A DNA stretch of 58,704 bases, the filler included, from Catajapyx aquilonaris (taxonomy: Eukaryota): assembly GCA_000934665.2 (NCBI GenBank). It is 3 parts of 3 records of this genome, joined end to end, with 100 filler letters (N's around TTAATTAATTAA, not from the genome) between each part and the next. Parts side by side here need not be neighbours in the genome. Positions count along the whole stretch, not along the records: positions 1 to 19,535 come from KZ539540.1; positions 19,636 to 39,098 come from JYFJ02006458.1; 1 more part is not named here. The stretch is one strand, 5' to 3'. The translations under genes were made by a program, and so were the position numbers. Each line of letters begins with the position of its first letter. Positions within the stretch are counted from its first letter, which is position 1. Below, one piece after another: positions 14,160-27,526 of this stretch. The notes beneath the pieces were generated by a model. It worked only from the letters and a program-made list of their open reading frames with translations. It made no database searches and was not told where the DNA came from.

Positions 14160-14315
14160 GATTGTGGGAGGAATCCGGGGGAGAACCCTGAGAAAAACGT
14201 ACATGAACCCAGAGTGAACAGACAGAAACTCTTTACACAAGAGAATCTTCTTCCCAACCCTGGGATTGAATGCAGCATCTCAGAGGCTGTGGTGATGCCA
14301 CTATGTCACCAGGCT
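14160..14315 (-). mobile_element. tRNA-derived SINE fragment
   Basis: tgtgggaggaatccgggggagaaccctgagaaaaac followed by ccctgggattgaa resembles the reverse of a common SINE body plus a B-box. Confidence 0.45.
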
Positions 14316-14780
14316 TCCTTCACAATATTAATATACAGGGTATTACAACTTATGTCCATTTAGATAGCAGTTTTTCACCACTTAACAACTTTTAAAGCAG
14401 TTACTTGATGATTATAAAAATTACAAGTTGGTCATATTCGGTTGTATAGACTAGTCCTTTTTTCTGACTGCAGGGGAGTCTAGACTGCAAAAGAAGGGTT
14501 GTCATTGACGTTTGTTGCCAATCATTTCCACAGGCCACATGCATTCATAAATTCATATTAATTCAGAGCTTGGACAGATGATTCAGTTTGCCTTATATTA
14601 GCAGTTAATACTTTTCATAACAACTGAAAGTATATATATTCCAAAGTAATTGTTTAAAAATAAGTAGGCTAGGCCCAAAAAATCAGACATTTCAACTGGA
14701 ACACCCTCTATGCTGGAATCAGCTGGAAGATGGTGCTGTGAAGTTCAAAGTAACACTCAAGAAAATCGAATAGCATTTAC

Positions 14781-14931
14781 CTGTGATGAGAAAGTGCAGA
14801 CAAGATAATCACAGAGAGACAGGAAGTGTATGTCAGATATGATCCCCTGCAGGGAACTGGTTGAATACCGTGTGGAGACTGCTGCTGACCTGGCAACACG
14901 AGTATCTCCCAGGATCTTGTACTGAGGATAT
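14781..14931 (-). CDS. FUT8: Alpha-(1,6)-fucosyltransferase, internal exon
   Basis: YPQYKILGD...SLQGIISDIHFLSLCDYLVCTFSSQ (GT23 motif). ttttag acceptor and gtaaat donor, in phase with both neighbours. Confidence 0.95.
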
Positions 14932-16520
14932 CTAAAATAATACACACACAGTAAAGTTTATGAACTCACTTATGACAGTAAACTAACAGAATTTAAGATT
15001 TGCACAAGTGTCCAAGTACCACTTTAGTTAAGGCCTGAAAATATATTTGGGGAGAAAGTGCATCTTCATGCAAGGAAATAAGGCCCAAATCAATCTCTCC
15101 ACCATTTTGAAAAAATTTCATGGAATATTTTATTACTCTTTTTTTCTCTCTTCACGTTACCTTGTGATAGGGCTCTTGGGGGTGGAATACTACTATTTTC
15201 CATCAATTTTCTGTAATTGTCTTCAACTCTGGTGCAACTGTACAAGGATGAAAGGACATGGGGTAAGGATGGAAATTTCTGGGGAGGAGACACAGGTGCA
15301 AGTGCAATGTCTTAAAAAGGGTCATGTGCTGCCTCCCTGGAGGTTAGGTTGCCAGATGCCTCCAAGGCGTGGGTCAGAGACCCTCCTTATGCAGGTGAAA
15401 GGGAACTCCCGGGCGCGATTCGAACCGGGACTCTACTACTGTTAGAAATCATATACAGTAGGCCTACAATATATTACAGCACGTACACACATTTCGCGAC
15501 TCCAGCAACAATAATTTATTGCTCATGCCCCTCAGGTTGAAATATGTGGGAAAAGGTAGCCAGAGCTTAACACAACATTGGGCAACCCGTATTTGCAACA
15601 TAAATGAGTCTAAATGTCCCGGAAGTTGAAAGGAATCCTTTTGAAACGTCAATTTCCTATGCCACTCCATGAAAGTGCGGGGAATAACGCCCCTGCTGCA
15701 CCAGTGCAGTGGCGCCGCCAGTGGATGGACCCACTTCGGCATTCTACCGCATCGAGTAAGTGAGGCCACTATACTATGTTTATCCATCTTGCCCCTGGTG
15801 ATGTAACCAAAGTTGGCAGCCATCTTGTAGTTCACAAGCATATTGAGTACATTGCTCAACTCAGGGGCTGCCGCATCAGCAGCACGCAAGTTGTTCCTAA
15901 ACTCATTCCTGAGAAAGCCGCTGCTGCAGCTGCTGCCATAGTGATGGCATTGGTATTTGGGACTGCTGAGCTCTGCTGAGTATGGGTGGTCAGATGAGGA
16001 GTTCTGTTATTAAACAAGGGTTGCCGAAAAAACACCTTTAGCCTGGTGCTACTTGTTCAACTCAAGCCGAGGCTAAGTGCATAAAGCTTGGAAAATAGGA
16101 ACTAGGCAGTGAAAGCATTGTTAAACGCAGCAGTGATTGACCAATAGGTGAGCTCAGTAATGATCACAACCACTGATTCCATCACTGAGTTTAGAAATGT
16201 ACTCATGGTTTGATTTCTGTGAAAAAAACCTTGTAAATGGTTCAAGGTGATGAGCATTTCTTTTGAGCCTGAGATATGCATGCATATGGTAAGTGGGTGC
16301 TTTTAACCTTAAACTATTTACAAAACAAATTCAAATGAATCGAACTACAATATGCAACTGCACTAAAATATTACCACCAACATTTGTTAACATTTCCAGG
16401 AGTAACTCATTCATCAACTCTCACCCTGTCTCCCCTCTTAGATTGTTCACTTGGGCAGAGTAACACTCTGCAGAATTGGGCTCTTGTGCAAATCATGGAT
16501 TAAATTTTGAGGTGCCTTAC

Positions 16521-16697
16521 TTGAGCTGTGCCTCCTGGATAACCTTGGGGTCATCTGAAGCCAGGTAAACATGCCTCTGTTCCACAGGCTCTCTCATTTC
16601 TAGAGCCTGAAAGAATTCCTCCACATGCTCCATATATTCATCCAGGGCATGAAAGGCTGCTTCAGTTCCAACTTTGTCAGTCCGACGTATGTGAATT
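16521..16697 (-). CDS. FUT8: Alpha-(1,6)-fucosyltransferase, catalytic exon (upstream exons not seen on this contig)
   Basis: [16 protein letters not shown]...VYLASDDP contains the GDP-fucose-binding RRTDK motif. cag acceptor and gtaagg donor; split codon AA|A joins the next exon. Confidence 0.95.
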
Positions 16698-16807
16698 CTG
16701 AAATAAACAACATATGGAGGTGTAATGATCCTGATATTGTTAATGCTTTGGCATGTTAGAGTCCCTCTCTCCAAGCCAATAACCACTGATGATTAAATCT
16801 CACAATA

Positions 16808-17526
16808 CGAGGGCTAGTCGGAAAATAAGTTTTGCAATGCTACAGTTCGATGCCATACAACAGACAGGGTAAAGACAAGTATAGGCAGGTACGTTGATCC
16901 TTCCTTTACTTTGCAGGATGGGTAGGCGCCTTATGGCAACTTGTGCGCAGGCACAGCAGCCGTTGGATGAGACCGAGTGGCTAGCCGAGCGTGCCTGCCC
17001 ACATTCCATCAGGAAATGTCATGCCAGACAGAGAGTGTTGGTCACATGGACCAAGGCAAAAGTTAGGACACTGTCGGTAATTGCCGTGGCCAGTAGTCCA
17101 GGTCTCTGGTTGTCCTTCACACTCGCGAGCTTATTCCGAAATTGCTGGCACCATATCGCTGAACCATTTGCTCAGACATGACATCTCCGGACCGTACACT
17201 CTACCAGCAAGCGATGATTGTCGTATGCCATACGTCAATTGTCGACCATTGGTAGCAAACATCTGTCCTCACGTCTGCCTTAGTCCATGTGACCAACACT
17301 CTCTGTCTGGCATGACTTTCCCTGGCAAAATGTGGGCGGGCAGGCTCGGATTGCCACTCAATCTCGTCCAATGGCTGCTGCGCCTGCGCATAAGCTGCAA
17401 GAATGTGCGACCCATCCTATAAAGTACTGAAAGGATAGGCGTATCTGCACATGCTCTTTTTTACCCTCTCTGTTGCATGGCATCGAAACTGTAGCATCGT
17501 GAAACTTATTTTCCGACTAGCCCTCG
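16808..17526. mobile_element. Mariner-like MITE with ~260-bp inverted arms
   Basis: TA-cgagggctagtcggaaaataagttt / aaacttattttccgactagccctcg-TA. The arms remain alignable for about 260 bp. Confidence 0.85.
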
Positions 17527-18241
17527 TACATCTCTATAAATTCAAGAACCTTTGGAGTCCTTTTCCAGAAGACAATCATAAGCTTAATTCATATCCTTAA
17601 TTTGATACTTTTCAAGCATTAGTTGCAGTGATTTGTGGTAAACTATTCCTTTCATCATGGAACATAATTGTATGCCCCCTGCACTATGTTGAGACATCAG
17701 AGTGACAGAAATTCATCCAATTACACATTCATAATGAATAATGGTGTCCTAGCTTTGGTCTGAGATTTGGGTAATTTGTACACAAATAGCTCAACCATTC
17801 ATATAAGCATCTAATTCCACCACTTTTCGGCAGCAAAATGTCACCACTCGATAAATTATCGGGGGTTTAAAATCCAATCTGAAATTGGTGGGAAAAAAAG
17901 GGGGCATGGTCCAATAAGCGCATTCCCACTCCTGTTTAACAACAGTGACGTCAGCAGACTGTTGCCTGGCAGTCGTTCGATTCCATTGTTAGGCAACAAA
18001 CAAAGAAACAAAGCAGTTCGGGAGCATTCCTGCCTCTGCACCGATCTGTTTAGCAACAGTAACATCAGAGGGCAATATGATTCCATATAATTATTATGAT
18101 CTTGGATTGATCATAGACTCTCGAAAACTAATCTGTATTCATTCAAACAAAAAAAACACAAATACATTTAAAAATAAGGACGAATTTTTACATGGGTTTG
18201 CAAAATGGAGGCTAGGACCTCATTTATTACTACAGTGGTGC

Positions 18242-19241
18242 CAGGGAGCATATACTACATAAGAGGCGCAAACATTCGATTTTTGCGTCTCTCTGTTTAT
18301 AGGGCGTTGCCAAGGCTGGTGGCCATTTTGAAGTGTGTGGTGCGCCAACGAAGTATAAATAAGGTACAGGCAGGCCGTCAAGGTCCGCGGAGGTCCGCCA
18401 TCTTTGATGGTTTTGGCTGCCATGGCAATACACGGCAACAACAATTGACCAACGGCGGCGGAACGTATTTCTATTTGGGGGGGGGGGGGGGGGGGGGTGT
18501 NCCCCCCCCCCCCCCAGCTCGTTTTCAAAGCGTACATAGCGTTTTTGACTTAACAAAAATGCCGAAATGCGAATGGTTCAGAAAATGCCCATAAGACGTT
18601 GTGGCTGATTCTGGTTTTCTACTCCGCGATGTGGGCTAATAATAACCTTATTGTTGTTTGGCGAATTGGTGAAAGGAAAGGCAGAAATGATTTTTTGAGC
18701 TCCTGAACGGTCCCTGGGCAGAAAGATGTGATGGTTAGGCGTTATAGGGGGTGATAGATGGAGACCTTTGAGTTGGTGTTCCCCCTCTCGATGAGTGTTT
18801 CCGATCAGTATAGCGTCTGGGACAGTTCCAAAGACTACGTGTGTTACATGATGGTGTGAGTTTTGTATGAAACAAGGCCGCGCGACAGCGCGGCCGTTAG
18901 AAAAAATCACGGTTAGAATGAAATCGGAAGTGATTACTGAGGTGATCTGAGGTGATACACTTGGTGCTGCCACCTGCCTGCCCCCCTCTGCCCCCCCCNC
19001 CGTTCCGCCGGGCCTGCAATTGACTTACCCATTCCAATATCGAATTCAAATTCGCGCGTGTTATTGCCGTGTATTGCCATGGCAGCCAAAACCATCAAAG
19101 ATGGCGGACCCTATTTTTGCCTGTACCCTATTTATACCTCGTTGGCGCACCACACGCTTCAAAATGGCCGCCAGCCTTGGCAACGCCCTATAAACAGAGA
19201 GACGCGAACATCAAAGGCGCCGACAGAAGTTTGCGCCTCTT
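18242..19241. mobile_element. P/Galileo-like MITE (CAGGGAGCATA terminus), right end interrupted by a Helitron
   Basis: Same arms as the complete copy at 30101-30458. The left arm (18242-~18440) is inverted relative to 19060-19241, and the interior contains unrelated sequence. Confidence 0.7.
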
Positions 19242-19535
19242 CTATCTAATATATATAAAGCCCCAATCCGAGGAGGAGGAGGAGGAGGATATAGGATGGA
19301 AAAGATCTCCCACTTCCCGAGGTCGTACAGACCTCGGACTTACACCGTTGGATTCCTTGCCCCCGGTTTCCTATTTTCAAAAATCCTCATAATCGCAAAA
19401 TTCCCAGCCGTTTTCGAGATCGCCAAATTAAATGTAGACGCAAACCCGAGATCGCGAAATTAATGTATATCCGCCAACTGCCTCGGATCGACTTGCGACC
19501 TTGCAGACAGATGGTCGTAAAGAAGGAGAACAATG
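19242..19535 (+). mobile_element. Helitron-like element, 5' end
   Basis: Starts tctatctaatatatataaag (typical TC + AT-rich Helitron 5' end). A homologous copy lies at ~43095-43270 (tatataaagccccaatccgagg...ggatggaaaagat...cttcccgaggtcgta). Confidence 0.6.
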
Positions 19536-19635
19536 NNNNNNNNNNNNNNNNNNNNNNNNNNNNNNNNNNNNNNNNNNNNTTAATTAATTAANNNNNNNNN
19601 NNNNNNNNNNNNNNNNNNNNNNNNNNNNNNNNNNN
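19536..19635. other. Artificial contig-joining spacer
   Basis: 44 N + TTAATTAATTAA (stops in all six frames) + 44 N = exactly 100 bp. Genes and elements on both sides are cut off at it. Confidence 0.97.
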
Positions 19636-22280
19636 GGATGGCAGCCCCCAGAACCACCTCAGTCTCGTGGGTGGCCTGGAACATGCGGGGAATCTGCTCC
19701 ATCAGAGCATCCAACACCTGCCCGGACTCCTCCGGATCGCAGAGAAAACCGTCCAGTAGAGGCATGAACACATCCGCAATGTCGCTCACAACAAGCATCT
19801 GCGGCTGGCTCAAACATTCTAGAAATTACATAAAACTTTTAGTTGATAAAATTCCATCGAGTGATGCTTACCGAGGCAAATGTACAGACCTTTCACATTG
19901 TAGAAATGTACTGAAGAGCCGTAGGTTATGAAGCCAACTTTAACTGCCGATTTGTCCTGGCCATGCTCCTTGGGCAGGTCTCGGAGAACCTCTCGCATGC
20001 GGGCACACAACAACTGAACCAATCCAGACTTCAGGTTTGTGTAGGACACGTCGATGACAAAGATAAATGCAGGTGGCTTCGGAGGCGTGTTGTCCTGTGG
20101 AGAAATCATCCAGCATGTATTGCAAGTTACTGATGATATTATATAGTCTACACTATTCTTCAGGATTCAGTCTTCTCTTAAAATGTACCGTAATTGATGG
20201 CAGCAAATCATATTCAGGAAAAACTGTTTGCGCATGTATTTAAGACGCGGGGCAAATTTTTTAAAGCCATTCTTGATGGAAAAAAGTGGGTCGTATATGC
20301 CGACAAATGCTGCAATTCTCTACATTAACTCTTCGATCTGAGTGCACCACTAACGGTAGGTGTAACAAATTAATTGTTGCGAGGATGCCATCACACATTA
20401 TGATCTGGGTAGCGAGTTAAGTATTTTAAAACAATCGGAATGAAAACCGAACGTACTTGGCTCGTTCCTCTCTTATTTGGAAAATCAAAATAAAATTCTT
20501 CGTAACTGACTGAAGAAATTGCTTTTTTGTTCTTAAAAAAACAAGCACAGCATTAACTCACCCTGCAATAATCTTTTGTGGCAACATATTCGTACGTCCC
20601 CAGACACAGCTCAGGCCGCTCGTACTTGTCCATTCGTTGTCCCGTGTGATCGAGATGCTGGAAGTACTCCGGCGGCACTTCTGCAGTAGCTTTGCAAAAC
20701 ACACACTGGAAACGCCTCCCCCCATCGATAAACTGCATGAAAGGACACATGTACGCTTTGCACCTCACACAACGCACGGGTCCCATCTCCCCCAAATTCA
20801 CCACTGGCGGTACATTTCCATCATTGGGAATAGCCAACGGGCTTATGACCAGGCCGAAAGGTACCGACGTCTGCTTCATCATCTCTGGAGTGGACGGCAC
20901 GCTGTACATGGTTGCACGAATGAAGTCAGGCCCAGACATCCCGTTGTCACGAGTTACAAAATTGGTCGTGACCAACGGTGGAAGCTGGCCCTTGGTGCCG
21001 GTTACGAACTCGCCGGATCGTGACCGCTGATCATCTTGCATTACTTGTATCGGCGAGGGCATTTGGTCTGGGTCTAAGCGGCGCTGTCCCTGTGGCTGGC
21101 CCATTGGAGCCTGTCCTGACGGCTGCTGGCTCGGGTACGGGGATACTGGAGGCAGCTGCTGAGCACGAAGGTCGCCTCCAGGATAGCCTTGGTATGCCTA
21201 CCAGAACAAGAAGGTTAATGCCTGACACTTCCACAAGACGAACCGATGTATTACCTGAAAACCTGGCTGCTGTGGGAGTGGCTGCTGCGGATATCCTGGT
21301 TGTGGCGGTGCTCCCATCTTCGGGCCGTTCATGTAGTTGTTAGCGACACTGGTAGGCGGCATGTTAGGTGGCATCTGCTGCGGTTGGTTATGCGGAAATC
21401 CTGGTGGGAAACCCATCCGTGGCTGGTTGCCCATCGGCGACTGGGTGGTCATCGTGTTGCTTATCGTCTGAGTCGGGTATGATCCTCTGGGGTGTCCATT
21501 CATGGAGGTCACTGTGTTGTTCGCAGAGCTGACTGGGTACGGAGTTGGGCCGGCGTTCTGCGGAGGTCCAGGTGGAAATCCAGGTGCAGGTGGAGCTCCT
21601 CCAGGAGGCGGCCCATTCATGGCCGAGTGGGGCGGAACCTGGTTCATTCCAGGCTTTGACATTGGCGCCTGCTGGTATGCCTGTAAATATAATCACCCAA
21701 TGACACATCAAATACGCCTGCAAAACAACCAATATCTTACCGAAACTGGAATATTCCTGTTCATGTTCATCCCTGCCATATCGTTAGTCAGCTGCCCAAC
21801 ACCTTGGTTGTTCATTGGCGGTTGTACCATTTGTGGCGGCTGCTGTTGCGGTGGCATCTGCATCGGCTGGCTGTTCATCGGAGGAAGTCCTGCAGGTTGG
21901 CTGTTCATCGGTGGAAGCCCTGCAGGTTGGCTAGTCATCGGCGGATGTCCCGGGTGACTGCCCATTGGCGGTAGACCAGGTTGGCTTCCCATCGGCTGCT
22001 GTCCCATTGGCGTAAACTTCATAGGTGCAGGTGGCGGCCCGTTTTGTTGCGGCATTCCTTGAAAAAATGGTTGCGCCTGTGGCCCATTTTGGACAGGTCC
22101 CTGAGGTCCACCCATCGGCCTAACAGGAGCCTGGCTTGGGTTAGTTGGAGGCGGCCCCATCTGCGGCTGACTCGGGGGTGGGTAACCTCTAGGCTGCTGT
22201 GGCTGAGGCTGTGGAGGTGGGGGTCCACCATACGGAGGGGGTACATACTGGGACTGACTCGGATAGTACTGGGGATTCAT
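19636..22280 (-). CDS. Sec24CD: COPII coat protein Sec24C/D-like, 3'-truncated by contig end
   Basis: Exons 22280-21741, 21680-21255, 21197-20562, 20094-19890 and 19818-19636 have GT-AG boundaries and join in frame. Pro/Gln-rich N-terminus, RLDPDQMPSPIQV, zinc finger RCVRCKAYMCPF...FQCVFC, RPELCLGTYEYVAT, trunk PAFIFVIDVSY. Confidence 0.95.
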
Positions 22281-22365
22281 CCTGGAGCTAGAGAGAAACA
22301 GGTATCAATCAAAAGAATCGCAGCCGTGCCTGGGATTTATTTGCACGTAATCAAGTTTAGATTAA

Positions 22366-22531
22366 AGCCACGTTTACATGTGAGCGACTTGATCAGTGAT
22401 GTGCAGCAATGTACATCGCTGAGTGAAAGTAGGACTAACAATCCACTATTGCCCCAAACAATTGGTCTCATCGCTCAGCAATGTTATCGCTGCAAGATCG
22501 CTGATCAAATCGCTCACATGTAAACGCAGCT
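22366..22531. mobile_element. PIF/Harbinger (Tourist-like) MITE
   Basis: TAA-agccacgtttacatgtgagcga / tcgctcacatgtaaacgcagct-TAA, 3-bp TAA TSD. Confidence 0.75.
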
Positions 22532-24872
22532 TAAAGTCGAGTGGTCAGAAAATCAGGTAAAAAGACAGTTCAAGGTCGAATTCTTGAAAGAGCAAATGCG
22601 GCACACATGATTTGTGATTATTTTGCTGTTTAATACACTGCAGTTAAGTGACTCCAAAATTGAGAATGTGTTACAAATACGCACGCTTTCAGTGCAACAG
22701 CAGTTGCTTTACAGTCAACAGGATCAAAATCATTCATAGTTTGTTATTGTCCAACGCAATGTCTTATCACTTGCACTGCACATGGTGCATCCAAAGGTCA
22801 GTGTTTACTCAGCACACTTGTCAAGTGGGTGTCCTCCAAGTTCATCACTCGCTGTACAGTCACCATGCAAAGTCAGCACAACGATGTTCATATTAGCTTA
22901 GTTCCTCATAACTGTAAGCGACTTTTTCTCGAATGAAAACATTTAGTTATCGGCAAAACTGGCCCAATTCGACTGTTTATATTATTCGCTCAGGGCACAG
23001 AACTTGATATTTACATGTCTGGCAATCTGGCTTATGACGGGAAAAACACGTTGGGGTAAAAAGGCAACAAAGCAAGCCAGCAGGTGAAAAAACAATAGTT
23101 CCACATTCCTCATACAACCCCGACCGAAATGAGCGTCCAGAAAATGTTTGCTCCCATTGCACCTGCCGCATTGAAGTGAACAATGAACACTACTATTTCA
23201 TGGAGAGTGAAAACTCAAAATGGTGGTGCTTATGCATATACTTGCACTATAAAAGAACTGGCAGCTTCAAAGGCAGATGTTGCTCCAACTGATCGAAACG
23301 TTAATCAACGGACGACAGGCCTTGGAAACGCATTAACACATGCTAATGCATGCATTTTGATGAGATAAACTGCTCCAAGTACTACCATATGGTTTGCAGC
23401 CTATTTTTAAAAATGACATCGCACACTGCAAGTAATAAAACTAATTACAGGTAATCTTCAATAATATTTCAAACCCGATAATGTTTGTCGCTGCGCCGAT
23501 ATTTTACGAGCTCAAAAGGGAGATGCAATATTTAAAAAATATTGCATTAGACGTCCCTTACAGCTAATTACACCAAGGCGATGCAACCTTGACATCCGAT
23601 CAGCTCTGGACGCAACTCATCAGTTGCGAACAGTACCGTGCAAATAGCGTACCAGCATGTAGCGTTCTAACCGCACGGTGCGCGCTTGACCAGTCCTGCT
23701 TGCTCCTGCCCATTAAAGTGTTCCAACCTGGTTCCAACTCACATTAGGCCACGTCCCCCCATAGAACGATCCCATTTTTTTTTTACTTTCCCCCTCAGAA
23801 GAACCCATAGATTGACCCTTTTCTTTTTCCCCCCCACCCATGTTCCCCCCTTCCATACTCACCAACCCCTGCTGGACAACAATCCTTCTGGAGATGTCCT
23901 CCTCTCCAGCAGGTCCTCCTCCTTCCGACAATGAAGAGAGATTAGATGGCGGGGGACAAGTAGAAGCCCCAGCTGGTCCTTTCCAGCAGCAGACTAGTCA
24001 GCCCACTGCCACGTAACGACCATTTACCAGGAGGAGCGAAAAGGATTGGAAAAGAAGAGGAGGGGGGGGGGGGGGNACGTTGGAAAAGGGAAGGTTCACA
24101 CCTGACAGTTACGAATGGAAAGGACCAATCAGAGTGTGGCAGCGAGTCCGTACTGCCAATCGGATCAGGCCATACTTGATAGTGTAGCTGACACACATGG
24201 GATGTACGCATGCGCACTGGCCGGGCCACGTCACCCGCCACTAGAACTAACAGTTAGTTATTAACCAGGATTAATTAGCCGACAGTTAAATATTAATTAA
24301 CGAATGGTAGCAGTAATTAGAGCGACAATTGTCCACTAAATTGAAATATGGAACAGTATTGGTAACGGAAAAACATATGCGATGAAAAGAGACGGAAATC
24401 GTGCGATGTATGGAAAATCGATTCGGATTGGATGCGATATATCGATATGTGAGGGAATCGCTGAGCGAATAGCTGAGCGAGCCCCCACCAAAAATAATCG
24501 CTCACATTTTTATTTATTTATTTTATTTTTATTGTTTATCCCGTGATTAGACCGGTGCTCTCTAGTGGCCGGGGAATAATCGCTCACATGTACAAAGTGA
24601 CTTATATCGATAATTAAGGATATCACGTTCCGTTTGTATATATATATATTTTTTTAAACGATGCTATTGGATGTAAAACGCCTATTATTTAATTATATAC
24701 GGGATTATATTTTAATTATATTAATATAATTAGTCTGTAAAACAAACCGTGTTCATTTAAGCAGCCTGATTAGTTTGATGTGACGTCACTTTTCAAGATG
24801 GCTGCTGTTTAGAACGATCAGGTTTGCTCATTTTTGCGAGCAGAAGAAGAACAATATAACGGCGAAGGAGCA

Positions 24873-26476
24873 ATGAAGGGCTCGGTGTCTACGACTGAGG
24901 AAAAGACATCGGCTCAGATGCTGGCCTGCGTCACTAGTAAGTAATGTCGAGGAAGACTGCCTCAAAAGTATGGGTTCAAATTAATAAGAATCATTACAGT
25001 GACAAAACTGCCAACAGAAATGTTGACATGCAGGTTGGAAACACTGTTCGAATAATTACATTGTAATACATATTAGAACACATAAGTATAGAACATACTG
25101 TACATATGTAGAACATGTGTGTGTACCGTCGAGCAGGATTAACCGAGCGACCTTCGTTGCTTCCAGTCTTCCTGGGGTCGTTCTGTGTCGGGACGGCCCT
25201 GTCCTGGAGCGTCCCCTGCGTCATCCAGCTTACGGGATCGCCACGCTTCTTCACCCTGACCCACGAGACCTACTCATGGGTGGTGTCGCTGATGCCGCTT
25301 GGTGCGCTGCTGGCCACCCCGATGGCAGCGTACGTAGGGAATCATATGGGACCTAAGCGCACCATGCTGATGGGGGCCGGATTGTCCACACTAGGATGGC
25401 TGGTCATCTGCGTTGCGCATGCCATTGAGATGATCTATCTTGGTGAGACTACTGAGGGTGAAGATTCATTATGTTGACTGATATCGTATGTTTCAGGGCG
25501 CATCCTGACTGGTATGGGTGTGGCTACACTTTGCCTGATTGCCCCCACGTATGCGCAGGGTACTGGCGTTGAGCGTATCCGGCATGCCATGTCTAAGTGC
25601 TCCCAGGTCATGCTGTCAGCCGGCATCCTCTTCACTTATTCTGTTGGAACAGTAGCTCGCTGGGATTGGCTCTCGTTGGTGTGCTGTGCCGTTTGTTGCT
25701 TGCTCATGTTATGCATAGCCCGCCTGCCGGAGTCGCCAGCCTACCTCATCCAACGTGGGATGGGAGCAGCAGCTAGGGAGGCAATGAGCCGACTCAAGAG
25801 TTCATCCGACCAAGACTGGCAAGCTGACCTGGCAGATCTGTACCAAAGTTTCTACGTCGGGATACTCCCACCATTTAGAGCAACATTTGTGCCAATGTTA
25901 ATGCTAGTTCTGCAGCAGCTGAGTGGCGTTATGGTTGTGGTCATGAACATTGGTTCCATGCTGGAGTCCGTCCCAGCCGTCCCACTGGACCGAAAGATGG
26001 CTGCTCTGGCGTTGTCTGCTGCCATGACAGTGACGTCAATACTGGCAACCTTCCGATGCCGCTTCCAGAAATTCAAGACTGCCGCGTCATGCGGGATTAT
26101 GGCTGCTAGCATGATGGCTCTGGCGATGTGGAATTACGGCTATGAGATGCCATCGTGGTCATCACAGTTGGCGCTGCTGACTTACGTGATGGCGTCCAGC
26201 TCGGGATTCCTGGCCATCCCCTGGCAGGAATTGTCCAGCTTAACTTACGGTGACAACGCAGCAAGAAAGCACCTTCTAGCCATTGCCTCGGCCGTCTTCT
26301 GGGGATTTGGATTTGCATGGTGCAAATCGCAGGTTACCCTTGCTGATGTTACCAGCCCAGAAATGGTGCTGTGGTTGCAGAGTGTGTTCGGTGTGTTGGG
26401 AGTCATTGTTGCCATCACCTGCTTTGAAACACCTGAATCCAGGTTGGATGACAGTCAGGTTTTTGAAGGTAACTGA
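24873..26476 (+). CDS. MFS sugar porter, facilitated trehalose transporter Tret1/SLC2A8-like (divergent), 439 aa
   Basis: Exons 24873-24936, 25167-25442 and 25497-26476 splice in frame (1320 nt). Motifs GTALSWS.P, SWVVSLMPLGA, GRILTG, GILFTYSVG, LPESPAYL and QQLSG; multiple TM helices. Confidence 0.88.
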
Positions 26477-27526
26477 AGGTTGGGGTGAGCGTAATTGCCA
26501 AAGTATATGCGGAGCTGGTTCATCAGTATTTGACATGAAGCTTTTCTAGTAAACCATTACCAAAGCAAATGAGGTGACAAAATGAAGAAGGTGCAATAAT
26601 CATGTGTTCCTATTATGTTGCCAATGTAAAGCCAGTATTTTAGAGTCAACATTACCAGTAGTATTATGAGCGTTGAATAAAGTGCCTTGGAAGGTGAGGA
26701 GTGTAGGGTAATCTTTATGCTTGTTTTTGTGATAACAAAATGTAAGATGAGATTAATAATAGTATTTTTGCCACGTTTGTTAATTTCCTAAGTTAAACGT
26801 TAAGTCCCGTACGCAACTGATTTTTGAAACGTAGTCATTTCCTATTTCGTAACTGGGACCAAATACATTTGATTTGTTACCTTCGTTGAGCTCTCTGATC
26901 TTCATAAACAATTTATCGAGTTACTGGCATGTTGCAGCAATTTTTAGCGTAAGCTCAAGGTGCTCGATTGTATTAAGTAAATTGGTATTTGATGTGTAAG
27001 GTTGGGTTGTGAACATAAGTCGTGGATATAACATGTTTTCCATATTAAAAAGCAAATTTGAATATTGCATTTTGTAATGTTTGTTACTCAAGTTCATTAT
27101 TTTCACTATTTTGTCAGTGCACTTTTTTTTTTTTTTGAAAATAAAAAGGATTCAAAGAGAAACTTCATGTATGATTTATTAATTATTATATACGTCGATG
27201 TGATATTTTGGGCATCATGGATGGGTCCCAATAAAAAACTTCTGTAGACACTGACAGTTATGCAAATCAAATCTTTCGCATAAAAGATAGGAATTTACTT
27301 GATGTCCCTTAGAGAAGCCTTGTGTCAGTCCCAGCAGACACGTTTCCCCCACCGTCACTTACATGTCATCATTTTTGTAGGTAAGCACAGTGCAAGGTGT
27401 ATGATCAAGATGAAGTTTTCGGTGATGCATTTTTTTGCGAAATCCACAAAATTGTATGACCTTGGCATGGTTATGTCCATATCGTATGCCCACGTGCTTC
27501 ATTCCATTAGGAGTAGCCGACAAGTG

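Noticed and set aside
23640..24300. GC-rich block between Sec24 and the sugar transporter as an ncRNA or LTR
   Set aside because: Only short imperfect inverted matches and homopolymer runs; no diagnostic termini or RNA motif recognised.
27299..27526. N-terminal extension of the IR ORF in the ORF track
   Set aside because: It starts at a non-ATG/upstream codon, whereas the signal-peptide-like segment follows ATG 27527.
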